Shown here piece by piece: positions 18,366 to 27,930 of a stretch of DNA of 64,000 nt. Each line of letters starts with the position of its first letter. The first letter of the stretch is position 1. Both the position numbers and the translations under genes were made by a program. The stretch covers positions 1,245 to 65,244 of the forward strand of contig CAZYLG010000002.1 of assembly GCA_964648565.1 (NCBI GenBank), written 5' to 3'. A model generated the notes under the pieces. It was not told where the DNA came from, did no database searches, and saw nothing but the letters and a program-made list of their open reading frames with translations. Source of the stretch: an uncultured Thermoplasmatales archaeon (GTDB lineage Archaea; Thermoplasmatota; E2; DHVEG-1).

Positions 18366-19691
18366 ATGATGAGTACCTTTACATTAGCAAAAAGTTTTCT
18401 GCAATCAAAAATACGGGAACATTATTCCCGAGATCATATTTTAAAATTACAAGAAAAAAAAGTAAGAGAACAATTACTTTATGCCTTTGACAATTCATCA
18501 TTTTATCATGATTTATATACCTCATATGGTATTTCTCGAGATGATCTTCAGACTATTGATTTGGAGAAAATCCCAACTGTTGACAAAGAGATGATCATGG
18601 ATCACTTTGATGACGTTGTTACGGTTAATGATATAACAAAAGAAGAAGTCTTAGATTTTTTAGATGAAAGTACGCATACAAATGATTTATTCAAAAACAA
18701 GTATCATATTCTTCATACCTCAGGTTCATCAGGAAAACTTGGACTTTTTGTATACTCAAAAAAAGAATGGGATACACTTTATCCATATATTACAAGTGTT
18801 TTTGACTTTAATTTTCGAAAACATAAATCTGTGTTTATTGGAGCTGTAGGTGGTCATTTTACTGGGGCAAGTTTTATTTCTTGGTGTACTACTGGAGTGA
18901 CTCGATTCTTTTGCGATCCATTAATTGTTGATGTAAACGATCCATTAGATGACATTATTACACGATTAAATGAGTTTCAACCAGATATCCTTGGCGGATA
19001 TTTCAACGCATTAAAAGTGCTTGCTCAAAAACAAGAAGAAAACGAATTAAAAATCAATCCGAAGATTCTTACGAATTGTGGTGAAGGATTAAATCAAAAA
19101 GATAAAACATACATTGAAAACGTGTTTCAAGCACCCATGTCTAACCTATACAGTTTTGCAGAATGTTACGTCCTTGGATTTGGTAAAAAAGAATATGATG
19201 GAATTTATCTTCGTGATGATATTTGTATGGTTGAAATAAAAGAGGATCATATTCTTATAACGAATTTAGTCAATAAAGTAGAACCACTGATTCGATATCG
19301 AATCGATGATTTCATCACTCCTAAAGAAGATAAGAAAAAACTGTTACCATTTACCTTAATCGATACAGTTGTTGGCCGTGCTGAATTTGTGATTTGGTTT
19401 GAAAATGAACACGGAAAAATGGATTTTATTCATCCTTTGATTTTTACTGATTTTTACGTGAAAGGATTAGATAAACTTCAAATTGCAATAACAAGTAAAA
19501 CCTCTTTTGAATTCAGAGCTGTTATAACTAGTGATGATAAAAAAAGAGTGTTAGATGAAATCAAAAAGAAACTAGATAAAATACTTCATGACAAACAGTT
19601 TTCAAATGTTACCTATGAGATTGAAGAATATGATTCTTTAGATCCTGACGAAAAAACCCGGAAATTTTCATTAATTGTTGATGAAACCTAA
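18366..19691 (+). CDS. Second, divergent PaaK/F390-synthetase-like adenylating enzyme
   Basis: HILHTSGSSGKLGLFVY P-loop, and the same N-terminal architecture (SSFYHDLYTSYGISRDDLQTIDLEKIPTVDKEMI). Divergently oriented, 99 nt from 16896-18266. Confidence 0.75.
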   Translation: MMSTFTLAKSFLQSKIREHYSRDHILKLQEKKVREQLLYAFDNSSFYHDLYTSYGISRDDLQTIDLEKIPTVDKEMIMDHFDDVVTVNDITKEEVLDFLDESTHTNDLFKNKYHILHTSGSSGKLGLFVYSKKEWDTLYPYITSVFDFNFRKHKSVFIGAVGGHFTGASFISWCTTGVTRFFCDPLIVDVNDPLDDIITRLNEFQPDILGGYFNALKVLAQKQEENELKINPKILTNCGEGLNQKDKTYIENVFQAPMSNLYSFAECYVLGFGKKEYDGIYLRDDICMVEIKEDHILITNLVNKVEPLIRYRIDDFITPKEDKKKLLPFTLIDTVVGRAEFVIWFENEHGKMDFIHPLIFTDFYVKGLDKLQIAITSKTSFEFRAVITSDDKKRVLDEIKKKLDKILHDKQFSNVTYEIEEYDSLDPDEKTRKFSLIVDET

Positions 19692-19692
19692 C

Positions 19693-20295
19693 TTAAGCAA
19701 TTGCTTTTATCACATATTTCCAATCATGATCCTTTGGAAAAAATGCTTCTACTGAATTAAAACCAGATTTTTTTACCTCATCTCTTAATTTATTAGGATG
19801 GCGATGAAATGTTTCACCAACAAGCACATGTTCAATACCAATAAACAATTTTTGAAGCCATGATTGAGCAGGTATCGCTTCAACGATACATAACGTTCCA
19901 TCTTTATCAAGAACTCGCTTACATTCAGAAAATACTTGTTCGTGATATACTACAGGTATATGATGAAGAACGCTAACCAACACAATAATAGAAACTGAAT
20001 TACTATTGCAAGGAATCTTTGTAGCTGAACCTCTTACACGATGAACTCGGAATTGGTTTCCCTTTGATAACAGATTTTTTGATGGATCCATTAATAAAAC
20101 CTGTTTAGCTTGCTTACACAGATAACCAGAAATGTATCCAGTTCCTCCACCAAGATCAAGGACTGTATCATCCTTTTTTATGTTCAGATATTTTTGAAGA
20201 ATATCAATTGATCCTTGATGATCATTCAGAATCCGTTGTTCAACCCAATCATATAAAAATGCTATCTTATCAAAGGAACCAGGCATAATACCCAA
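19693..20295 (-). CDS. Class I SAM-dependent methyltransferase
   Basis: Motif I is TVLDLGGGTGYISGYL, with a Methyltransf_11-like layout. Its stop is 1 nt from the convergent stop of 18366-19691. Confidence 0.8.
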   Translation of the reverse strand: MGIMPGSFDKIAFLYDWVEQRILNDHQGSIDILQKYLNIKKDDTVLDLGGGTGYISGYLCKQAKQVLLMDPSKNLLSKGNQFRVHRVRGSATKIPCNSNSVSIIVLVSVLHHIPVVYHEQVFSECKRVLDKDGTLCIVEAIPAQSWLQKLFIGIEHVLVGETFHRHPNKLRDEVKKSGFNSVEAFFPKDHDWKYVIKAIA

Positions 20296-20301
20296 ACATC
20301 C

Positions 20302-21618
20302 TTAGAAATTAAAATCTCGTTTGTAATATTTTCTAAACGCAAAATTAGACAATGCTGGTTTGAAGCGCCCGATTCCTTTTACGGTGGTAATAGTTCGGGT
20401 TCCTCGTTTAATGATTTTATCTATTGAGTAAAACTCTTTAGCCACTTTTCTTGCACCATCCATAAGTTCTTCAGGAGTCATATTTTTTGGTTCGAAAACA
20501 ACTTCAACTTGATTATAATGAGTCCAATCCTTTGTAAAAATACGGCCAGCTTCATCTAATTTTTCAAATAATTTCGTTCCAGGATACGGCGTTAAAATAT
20601 TGATTTCTAACACATCCATGTTCCACTGGTTAATGGTTTCCAATGTGGTATCAAATACATCTGGAGTGTCATGGTCAAATCCAAAGATAATACCTCCTTG
20701 CACGGCCATATTATAATCATGTAATCTATTTATCAGTTTACTAAAATTTTCGACTTTATTATGCGTTTTATGTGTTTCATTCAAAGCTGCTTGATTCACT
20801 GATTCAAATCCTACAAACCATTCCACACATCCTGCTTTTCGTGCTAAATCCAAAAATGTATCATCAGCTGTTGCAAGTACATCTGTTGTTCCATTGGCCA
20901 CCCATTGTTTATGAACCTTCTGTCTGATTAGTTCTTTAAACAGTTCTTTAGCATATTTTTTGTTAAGGGTAAGATGAGGGTCATGAATAACAAAGATTTT
21001 ATTCGGCATTGTTTTTATTTCTTCAACCACATCCTTAATAGGGCGTTGTTTCACCATATGCCCACAAAAACTACTAATTGCACAAAATTCACAGGTATGA
21101 GGACAACCCTTCGTAGTTTGAATTGCTCCTAAAAAAGGATTATGTATGATAAGATCTCTTCTGAGTGGAGGCACTTTTGAGATATCAAAATCATGATTTC
21201 GTTCATAAATTCTTTTTAATTTTCCTTTTTCAAAATCTTCAAGCACTTTCGTCCAAGTTACTTCAGCAAGACCTTGCACGACACAATCAGCATGTTCAAG
21301 AGCTTCCTCTGGAAGCGCAGTTACATGATATCCACCCATCACCACAGTTTTTCCACGACGACGGAATTCATCAGCAATCTTATATGCCCGAGGAGCCGTC
21401 ATGGTGTATGTCGTAATTCCAACGATATCTGCATCCTCATCATAATCAAGCACATCATAATTCTCATTAACAATCTTAACTTCATGTTTTTCAGGAGTAA
21501 TTGCTGCAAGATGAGGAAGTGTGATAATAGGGTATCCGAAAACGATTTTCCATGCTCCTGGATCACTATAGGTGCTTGATCCATGTCTGATTTTTGGAAA
21601 AACAAATAATATTTTCAT
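20302..21618 (-). CDS. B12-binding-domain radical SAM enzyme (class B), paralogue 1
   Basis: The N-terminal cobalamin-binding-type Rossmann domain reads ADIVGITTYTMTAPRAYKIADEFRRRGKTVVMGGYHVTALPEE. The radical SAM cluster motif is TKGCPHTCEFCA (CxxxCxxC). The C-terminus is DUF4070-like. ATG 21618 (MKILFVFP...) aligns with the paralogue's start. Confidence 0.85.
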   Translation of the reverse strand: MKILFVFPKIRHGSSTYSDPGAWKIVFGYPIITLPHLAAITPEKHEVKIVNENYDVLDYDEDADIVGITTYTMTAPRAYKIADEFRRRGKTVVMGGYHVTALPEEALEHADCVVQGLAEVTWTKVLEDFEKGKLKRIYERNHDFDISKVPPLRRDLIIHNPFLGAIQTTKGCPHTCEFCAISSFCGHMVKQRPIKDVVEEIKTMPNKIFVIHDPHLTLNKKYAKELFKELIRQKVHKQWVANGTTDVLATADDTFLDLARKAGCVEWFVGFESVNQAALNETHKTHNKVENFSKLINRLHDYNMAVQGGIIFGFDHDTPDVFDTTLETINQWNMDVLEINILTPYPGTKLFEKLDEAGRIFTKDWTHYNQVEVVFEPKNMTPEELMDGARKVAKEFYSIDKIIKRGTRTITTVKGIGRFKPALSNFAFRKYYKRDFNF

Positions 21619-21646
21619 GATATCATCTAAACAATTTTTTTCACCG

Positions 21647-22939
21647 TTATTTTGATTTTGGAAATTTTTCATTTATATAAAATGATCGAATACTGATATT
21701 GGCAATGAACCGAGTAAGAATTTTAATTGGATTCATTGTTCCATCATGCACACTTCGTTTCAAACAATTCTTGACCGAATAAAATTCTAAGGAAATCCTT
21801 CTAATTCCTTCTAATAATTCTTCCTTTGACATATGTTTTGGAGTGTAATTAACCTTTCCTTCATCATAATCATTCCAATTATAATTAGTGATTCGTCCTT
21901 CTTTTTCCATCCGGTTAAATAATGGTGTACCAGGATAGGGAGTAAGAATACTAAATGATGCCTCATCTAATCCAAATTGATTCATCGCTTCTAAGGTACT
22001 ATCAAATGTGTCAGTTGTGTCACCATCTAAACCAAAAATAAAAAAACCGGTGACATCCATACCATCTTTTTTGATGTTTTGCACTGCTTTTTTATAATCT
22101 TTGACTTTATTTGTGGATTTCCCAGCTTGATTAATGTTTTCTTGCGAGATTGATTCGATTCCTAGATACCATTTTGTCACTCCTGCGTTTTTTGCCAATT
22201 GTAAGAATTCTTCATCTCGAGCGACAACATTAATGTTCCCAAAGCATTCAAATTTCTTGTTCAATTTTTTCATTTCTTTGAATAGTTCTTTGGTATACTT
22301 TGGATTAATAGTAATTGAGGCATCAGCGAAAAAAATGGTTTTTGCATCAATTGCTCTCATTTCCTCAATGACTTCGTTAATAGGACGAGCTCGAAATGTT
22401 TTTCCTTCAACTCGATTCATCGCACACCATTCACAACCAACAGGGCATCCACGTGTTGCTTGAATTGCTTGAGAAAAAGGAGTAAACACGCCTATATCGT
22501 GCCGTGCAGGTATGATTTCTTCAGCTTTTACCACTCTGGGGCTGGTATAGATCGTCTTCATTTCTCCGTTTTCTAAATCCCTTAATACTTGAGGCCAAGT
22601 TAATTCAGCTTCACCAACTACAACGCTATCCGCATGATCTTTTACTTCGTCTGGCATCAAGGATGCATGATATCCTCCGAAGACAACAGGGACTCCAAGA
22701 TCCCTGTATTTCTTTGCAATTTCATAGCCTCGATTCACATTATAGGTTAATGCAGAGATGCCAACGACATCATATTCTGAAGAAAACGGAACATCTTTAT
22801 ATCGTTCATCAACTAGAGTAACATTGTGTTCTTTAGGGGTCAATGCTGCGATTTGTTGTAATGTTGAAGATGGATATTGAAACTTTGAAAAAAAACTCCG
22901 TTTTGGATTGGAATGAGGCATTACTAATAAAATATTCAT
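21647..22939 (-). CDS. B12-binding-domain radical SAM enzyme (class B), paralogue 2
   Basis: YDVVGISALTYNVNRGYEIAKKYRDLGVPVVFGGYHASLMPDE, then TRGCPVGCEWCA (CxxxCxxC). Collinear similarity to 20302-21618 along the whole length. Confidence 0.85.
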   Translation of the reverse strand: MNILLVMPHSNPKRSFFSKFQYPSSTLQQIAALTPKEHNVTLVDERYKDVPFSSEYDVVGISALTYNVNRGYEIAKKYRDLGVPVVFGGYHASLMPDEVKDHADSVVVGEAELTWPQVLRDLENGEMKTIYTSPRVVKAEEIIPARHDIGVFTPFSQAIQATRGCPVGCEWCAMNRVEGKTFRARPINEVIEEMRAIDAKTIFFADASITINPKYTKELFKEMKKLNKKFECFGNINVVARDEEFLQLAKNAGVTKWYLGIESISQENINQAGKSTNKVKDYKKAVQNIKKDGMDVTGFFIFGLDGDTTDTFDSTLEAMNQFGLDEASFSILTPYPGTPLFNRMEKEGRITNYNWNDYDEGKVNYTPKHMSKEELLEGIRRISLEFYSVKNCLKRSVHDGTMNPIKILTRFIANISIRSFYINEKFPKSK

Positions 22940-23222
22940 ACTGTTTGATTCGCTCCTTTTTTTTTAATTTTTCTTTTTTATAACATATACAAAAGATGAA
23001 ATTATCAACTAATTTCTAGATTCATCATTCATATCATCTATAAGATTCAAAGCAATTTTTTTTAAGTTATTCCTTTTTCTCTGCTAATATAGTAGAATTC
23101 TATTTAATATTTTTCGGGTAACTCTCCTGTTTGTACAAAAAGTATAATATCTAATTAACTTACTAATAAGAATAACAATAATAAAAATTGATTTATCTCT
23201 AAAGCAAGTCCTTTTTGTTGAT

Positions 23223-24257
23223 TTAATGAATAGTGTCAAATTCAGATTTGAAAAATGATAATTTTTGGTTTAATGAATGATACTGATTCCACGAGGCTAA
23301 TACCAGTTTAGGATTAATGTGATAAACTAGCGAGTTCCATCTTAAAAGAAGTTTACCGATCACATCCATTTTACCAAATTCCCTTATAATTTCATGAGCA
23401 TATCCTTTTAAATCTTGTTTTACAATATATTTTCCAGCGATATCTCCACTAAGTAATGCACGGTAAATACCTTGACCATTCATTGGAAGAGTGCCAACAC
23501 CAGTATCTCCAACGAAAATGATATTTTTGTGTTTTAATGGATATTGTAACCCTTCTGGAATGAGTCCACCAGTTGAATACTCAATTGTCCCGGTAATATG
23601 ATGATCTTTTTTGAATTGCTCAAGTAATAGTGATAATTTCACATTGTTATTGATAGTAAGCCCAATTCCTAAATTCATCTCACGATTTTCAGGATGTCTG
23701 GGGAATAACCAGTAATAGCCACCATGTTTATCAAAAATAATCTTTAGTGAATGATCTTCATATGCTGAACAATTCTTGATGGTTTGTTGAAATCCGTAAC
23801 CTACGAGTCGATGTGGTATTCCAAGATTTCTTTTTACAATACTTGGACATCCACTTGCATCTACAATAATATCTCCGGATAATGAGGAAACCTCCTTAAT
23901 GGAATCATTCAACCTAAATTCAACATCCTTTTCTTTCGCTTTTTTTCCTAATGATGCGATAAAAGAAGGTCTATCCAAAATCCATGCGGTTTCAGGTTTT
24001 CTTTCAAAAACATAGGTTTTATTTCCAATTACTATTTCACCATGATAAATTGAAGTTGCAATACCTTCTTTTGATGGTTTCCATTTTAATGAGAATGATT
24101 CAATATTATGGGCTTCTCCGCATTTCCGAGCATCTCTATTATATCCAATTTTTTTATGTTTCTCATGAACGATGACATCAACTGATGGATCGTGTTCTTT
24201 AATGGATAATGCTGTTGCAAGTCCGCTAAGCCCGCCTCCAATGATATCTACTTGCAT
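23223..24257 (-). CDS. FAD-dependent oxidoreductase, geranylgeranyl-reductase family
   Basis: MQVDIIGGGLSGLATAL is the FAD dinucleotide fold. KCGEA sits where GGRs carry the catalytic-Cys motif, and FVGDTGVG is the second FAD motif. Confidence 0.75.
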   Translation of the reverse strand: MQVDIIGGGLSGLATALSIKEHDPSVDVIVHEKHKKIGYNRDARKCGEAHNIESFSLKWKPSKEGIATSIYHGEIVIGNKTYVFERKPETAWILDRPSFIASLGKKAKEKDVEFRLNDSIKEVSSLSGDIIVDASGCPSIVKRNLGIPHRLVGYGFQQTIKNCSAYEDHSLKIIFDKHGGYYWLFPRHPENREMNLGIGLTINNNVKLSLLLEQFKKDHHITGTIEYSTGGLIPEGLQYPLKHKNIIFVGDTGVGTLPMNGQGIYRALLSGDIAGKYIVKQDLKGYAHEIIREFGKMDVIGKLLLRWNSLVYHINPKLVLASWNQYHSLNQKLSFFKSEFDTIH

Positions 24258-24499
24258 ATCGTGGTCTCCAAGTGATACACTTTTTTATAAAAAGCAGTTT
24301 CTAAGGATATATACTTTTCCTTAATTTTTTTCAAAAAAAGTGTTTTTGTTAGATGATTCACTGTTTAAATCATAATGATATCAACAAATTTTTACTTTTT
24401 GTATCAAAATAAAATGGGTATATCTGTCATTTGATGAGTTAATCTTCAATATTTGTTACGTTCATTGTTTAGATGGTCTAAATATGTTTTTCTCAAAAA

Positions 24500-27400
24500 T
24501 TAGTCAGTTACATCATTCTTCAATTTCATTATTATGGGATAAATAATACTGGTACTTAGTGCGATCAGAAAGATGTAAAATCCATAACTAAACCCCCAAG
24601 AAGATTGAAGATGAACGCTAGATATTGAATCAAGAGCAGTATATTGAATAGTTCCAGATCCAACACTACTTCCGATGCCTAGAACAGTTAATTGTGACAT
24701 TATAAATAAAAATCCACTTAGAAATAACAGTTGAAAGCAAATTCCTCCTATATATAATCCCCATCTTGTTTTTATAAACTTTTTACTAATGAATTGAATA
24801 AAAAACAATACACAAAATGAACTGATTAAAAAAATTAATAATACTTCAATTCCAAGAACGGCTTCACTGGGTAACGTATAAAATTCTCCACTAACTGTAT
24901 CTGTTGAAGTAATAAATGAAATCATTTGAGTAGGTAAAAGATGTAACCTTGTTTCCACAGCTACTTCTGCGTTCTCACCAGCAAAATACCACCAAGGAGA
25001 TAATGCAGCAAGAAGAATAAGTCCTGCGTAAAACAGTAATAATCCTTTTAAATACTGTTGTCGAAAGAATCCAATAAAAACAGAAAATCCGATTAAGGAT
25101 ATTGAAATGATATATCCAATGTAGGGAAGATTTGAATCTTTCATGGTCACAATTCGTTGATGATTATCACTAAAGATGGTTATTGGTTTTTTAGCAATAC
25201 AGTTCTCATCATCATAAATTGAAATATGATAATTTCCTGGTGGTAAATCTGTTTTTAGTGGTTGATTAGATAATTCTATTGTTTTTTCCAAATCTTTGCG
25301 AGAAAACGTAACTAGTGCTGTTTCAAGGAATAATCCTTGTTTATTATACAGATCGATTTCTGTTTCATAAGTTAAGGGAAACTGAAGAGAAAGACTTTTG
25401 TCTTCATCAATTACTAGTGGCTTTCGTTGATCAAATCCCTTATAAGATAAAAAAAGCGTGTAGGTTTCTTTTGGAATTTGCTGAAAAATATACTGTTGAT
25501 TTTGATATGTTGAAAACGGTATTCTCCATTCTTTTTTAGATTCATCCGTAAATAATAATTCAGGCTGCAATTGAATGGCTGGCGTCAATCCCCAATCATC
25601 TTCAATAGAAATCGTAACATCATAGAGTGAAATTTGAAACTGATTATGCAGTGAAAATAAATGATTTATTAATGAAAGAGAGATTGTTTTTCTGCTAACC
25701 GGTATGTTTTTGTAAAAAATTGAAAGTTCATAATCATCAGCAGGATAAAATGGTACTGAAAGACTAGCCGTTCCAGTATTATCTGTTAAATCAGTAGCAA
25801 TGATTTCATCATCTACTTCAACATGAACTGATACATCAGAAAGATCCTTTTCATCTTGATCAGTTGTCATTATCGAAAGAGGTATTGAACGCCGACAATG
25901 AATATGTAATGAAGTGTCTTCTTCTACTGATATTACTTCATATCCAATATACTCTCTTGAAGGTGAAAATAATGAATTTTCTTTATAGATTTTTACCACA
26001 TAATCTCCGGGTGGAATATCAATGAATTTAAATCGTTGAAGAATACTACTATTTTTCCAATCAACAAGTTCTCTTACAAAAGAAAGAATTTCTTTTACAC
26101 TTGTTAAATCAATATCTGAAGAAACACTAAAAAATGGAATTCTAGATACAATAGTTGAAGAGAATATCTTATCATTTTGATACAGCTCAGCTGTCAAATA
26201 AGAAAAATTCTTACCCGTATATGCAGATAATGCTGAACCAAAAGGAACACTGTTTACTCCAGTTACACTTCCTTCTACGGTAAATGTTTTTTCATCCTCA
26301 TATTCTGAGTCAAAAGCATCAACATTGGTTTGTTGTGCATGAATTAAGGATTGGTACATTCGTGATTCATTTGCAATATCCTGCCAAGAACCTTTTTGAA
26401 AAGTGACAAATGAAACATCGAATTGAGCTGAGAATCCTTTTTCAAAATAATATTGTTGCCTGCCTCCAGCATCATAATGATTCCGGGCAGCAAACACACT
26501 ACCAGTATCAGCTTCTAAACCTGGTAGATTAATGGTTTCTTCAACAAATCCTTTCACAGCGATACCATCTTGATCTGATTGAGTTAACGAATGATTCTGT
26601 GAGAATAATAATCCATGTGTTTTCAGCCCTGTTGGTTGATGAATACACATCCAAGCTTCAGACCCTAGATCAATATCATCAGTTGTTTCAAGAATCATCT
26701 CCGGCTCTTCTGAATGAGGATTAACAGGAATATCATATGAATGAACTCGGTCATCTTTACCATATAGATATAATTTAGGAAGAATCGTTCCCATATTGAT
26801 TTTTTCAATGGCTTCACTTTTACTATGAAACGATAACAAATACGCATAGATCCCATCAAAATTATAATCCTTTTTCATTTCAAAATCCTTTAAAATCTCA
26901 TGAGAACAATTCACAAATATTCGTTTTGGTTCACTTGGACAATAATAATATGAATACACATTAGATGTTTTAATCACTCCTTCAGGGGAGACACATTCGA
27001 TTTTTAGTTTAACTAACAAGTTACCATCAATTAACACCGTAGTTTTTGGATTTGTGGAATAACCTGTTCCCACATATTCATAGTCCTCATCGATATCTGA
27101 ACTAATCATCATGGAAAAAGAAGCGAATTGATCGATTTTTTGCGTATCAAGTGTTTTAGAATTTGGTTTTAAACGAGCAACTACTTGTGAAACACCATTT
27201 CCAAAAATAGATCCTTTATATGAAATCCCATATGGTATAATACCATCTTGATTAATGCTATAATAATCCAGATCAATAACTTGACCAGAGATTGGTTCAT
27301 AATAATAATGAGATTTTTCAACGGAAAGATGATCCGGATACGGTTTTCTATTAATTGCTTCATCACTGTATTGAACATAGAACTGATATTCGTTAGAAAC

Positions 27401-27760
27401 ATCATTTGGTAAGATGAAAACAAGTTGACAAGAATTAATGAATTGTTCATTGATTCGGTCTAACTGATAGATTTGTGATTCTAGTTCAACAGTTTCAACT
27501 CCATTTTTGTAAAACACTTGAATTGAATGATCATTTTCATTTTTTGCATAACACGGATTCGTAAATTCAATGAAGGTATCAATTGGTTGATAGGAATATG
27601 ATTCATCAAGTTGATCATTATCAAATGGAAGGATGATGTCCTGTTGAAAAAAACTTGAATCCTGTCCAGCCACGTGAGGTGTATAAACTGAAAACGAAGT
27701 GACCACATTGAATAACAGAATAATGAGTAGTGAAATAATCCTGGTTTTTTTCGATGACAT
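24500..27760 (-). CDS. 1086-aa surface/membrane protein: signal peptide, ~850-aa extracellular region with carboxypeptidase-regulatory-like beta-sandwich repeats, and ~6 C-terminal TM helices. Function unknown.
   Basis: ORF track. PPGDYVVKIYKEN and PPGNYHISIYDDEN are typical CarboxypepD_reg-like strands. The C-terminal 240 aa are hydrophobic helices. Confidence 0.6.
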   Translation of the reverse strand: MSSKKTRIISLLIILLFNVVTSFSVYTPHVAGQDSSFFQQDIILPFDNDQLDESYSYQPIDTFIEFTNPCYAKNENDHSIQVFYKNGVETVELESQIYQLDRINEQFINSCQLVFILPNDVSNEYQFYVQYSDEAINRKPYPDHLSVEKSHYYYEPISGQVIDLDYYSINQDGIIPYGISYKGSIFGNGVSQVVARLKPNSKTLDTQKIDQFASFSMMISSDIDEDYEYVGTGYSTNPKTTVLIDGNLLVKLKIECVSPEGVIKTSNVYSYYYCPSEPKRIFVNCSHEILKDFEMKKDYNFDGIYAYLLSFHSKSEAIEKINMGTILPKLYLYGKDDRVHSYDIPVNPHSEEPEMILETTDDIDLGSEAWMCIHQPTGLKTHGLLFSQNHSLTQSDQDGIAVKGFVEETINLPGLEADTGSVFAARNHYDAGGRQQYYFEKGFSAQFDVSFVTFQKGSWQDIANESRMYQSLIHAQQTNVDAFDSEYEDEKTFTVEGSVTGVNSVPFGSALSAYTGKNFSYLTAELYQNDKIFSSTIVSRIPFFSVSSDIDLTSVKEILSFVRELVDWKNSSILQRFKFIDIPPGDYVVKIYKENSLFSPSREYIGYEVISVEEDTSLHIHCRRSIPLSIMTTDQDEKDLSDVSVHVEVDDEIIATDLTDNTGTASLSVPFYPADDYELSIFYKNIPVSRKTISLSLINHLFSLHNQFQISLYDVTISIEDDWGLTPAIQLQPELLFTDESKKEWRIPFSTYQNQQYIFQQIPKETYTLFLSYKGFDQRKPLVIDEDKSLSLQFPLTYETEIDLYNKQGLFLETALVTFSRKDLEKTIELSNQPLKTDLPPGNYHISIYDDENCIAKKPITIFSDNHQRIVTMKDSNLPYIGYIISISLIGFSVFIGFFRQQYLKGLLLFYAGLILLAALSPWWYFAGENAEVAVETRLHLLPTQMISFITSTDTVSGEFYTLPSEAVLGIEVLLIFLISSFCVLFFIQFISKKFIKTRWGLYIGGICFQLLFLSGFLFIMSQLTVLGIGSSVGSGTIQYTALDSISSVHLQSSWGFSYGFYIFLIALSTSIIYPIIMKLKNDVTD

Positions 27761-27930
27761 ATCTGGTACATAAGAATAAAGTGCACATCATAATTAAATT
27801 TTTATATCTGCCTAACTATATGAATGCTAATATATTGAAAATTGACTTATTTTCCCCTTTATAATCTTTTGATAGATTTCCTAAAGGAAAAAATAATAAT
27901 ATATTTACTTTAAAAAATAATCAAACGATT

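Noticed and set aside
21619-21672. 18-codon extension making the two radical SAM genes overlap by 26 nt
   Set aside because: The paralogue alignment places the start at MKILFVFP (ATG 21618), matching MNILLVMP of the upstream gene.
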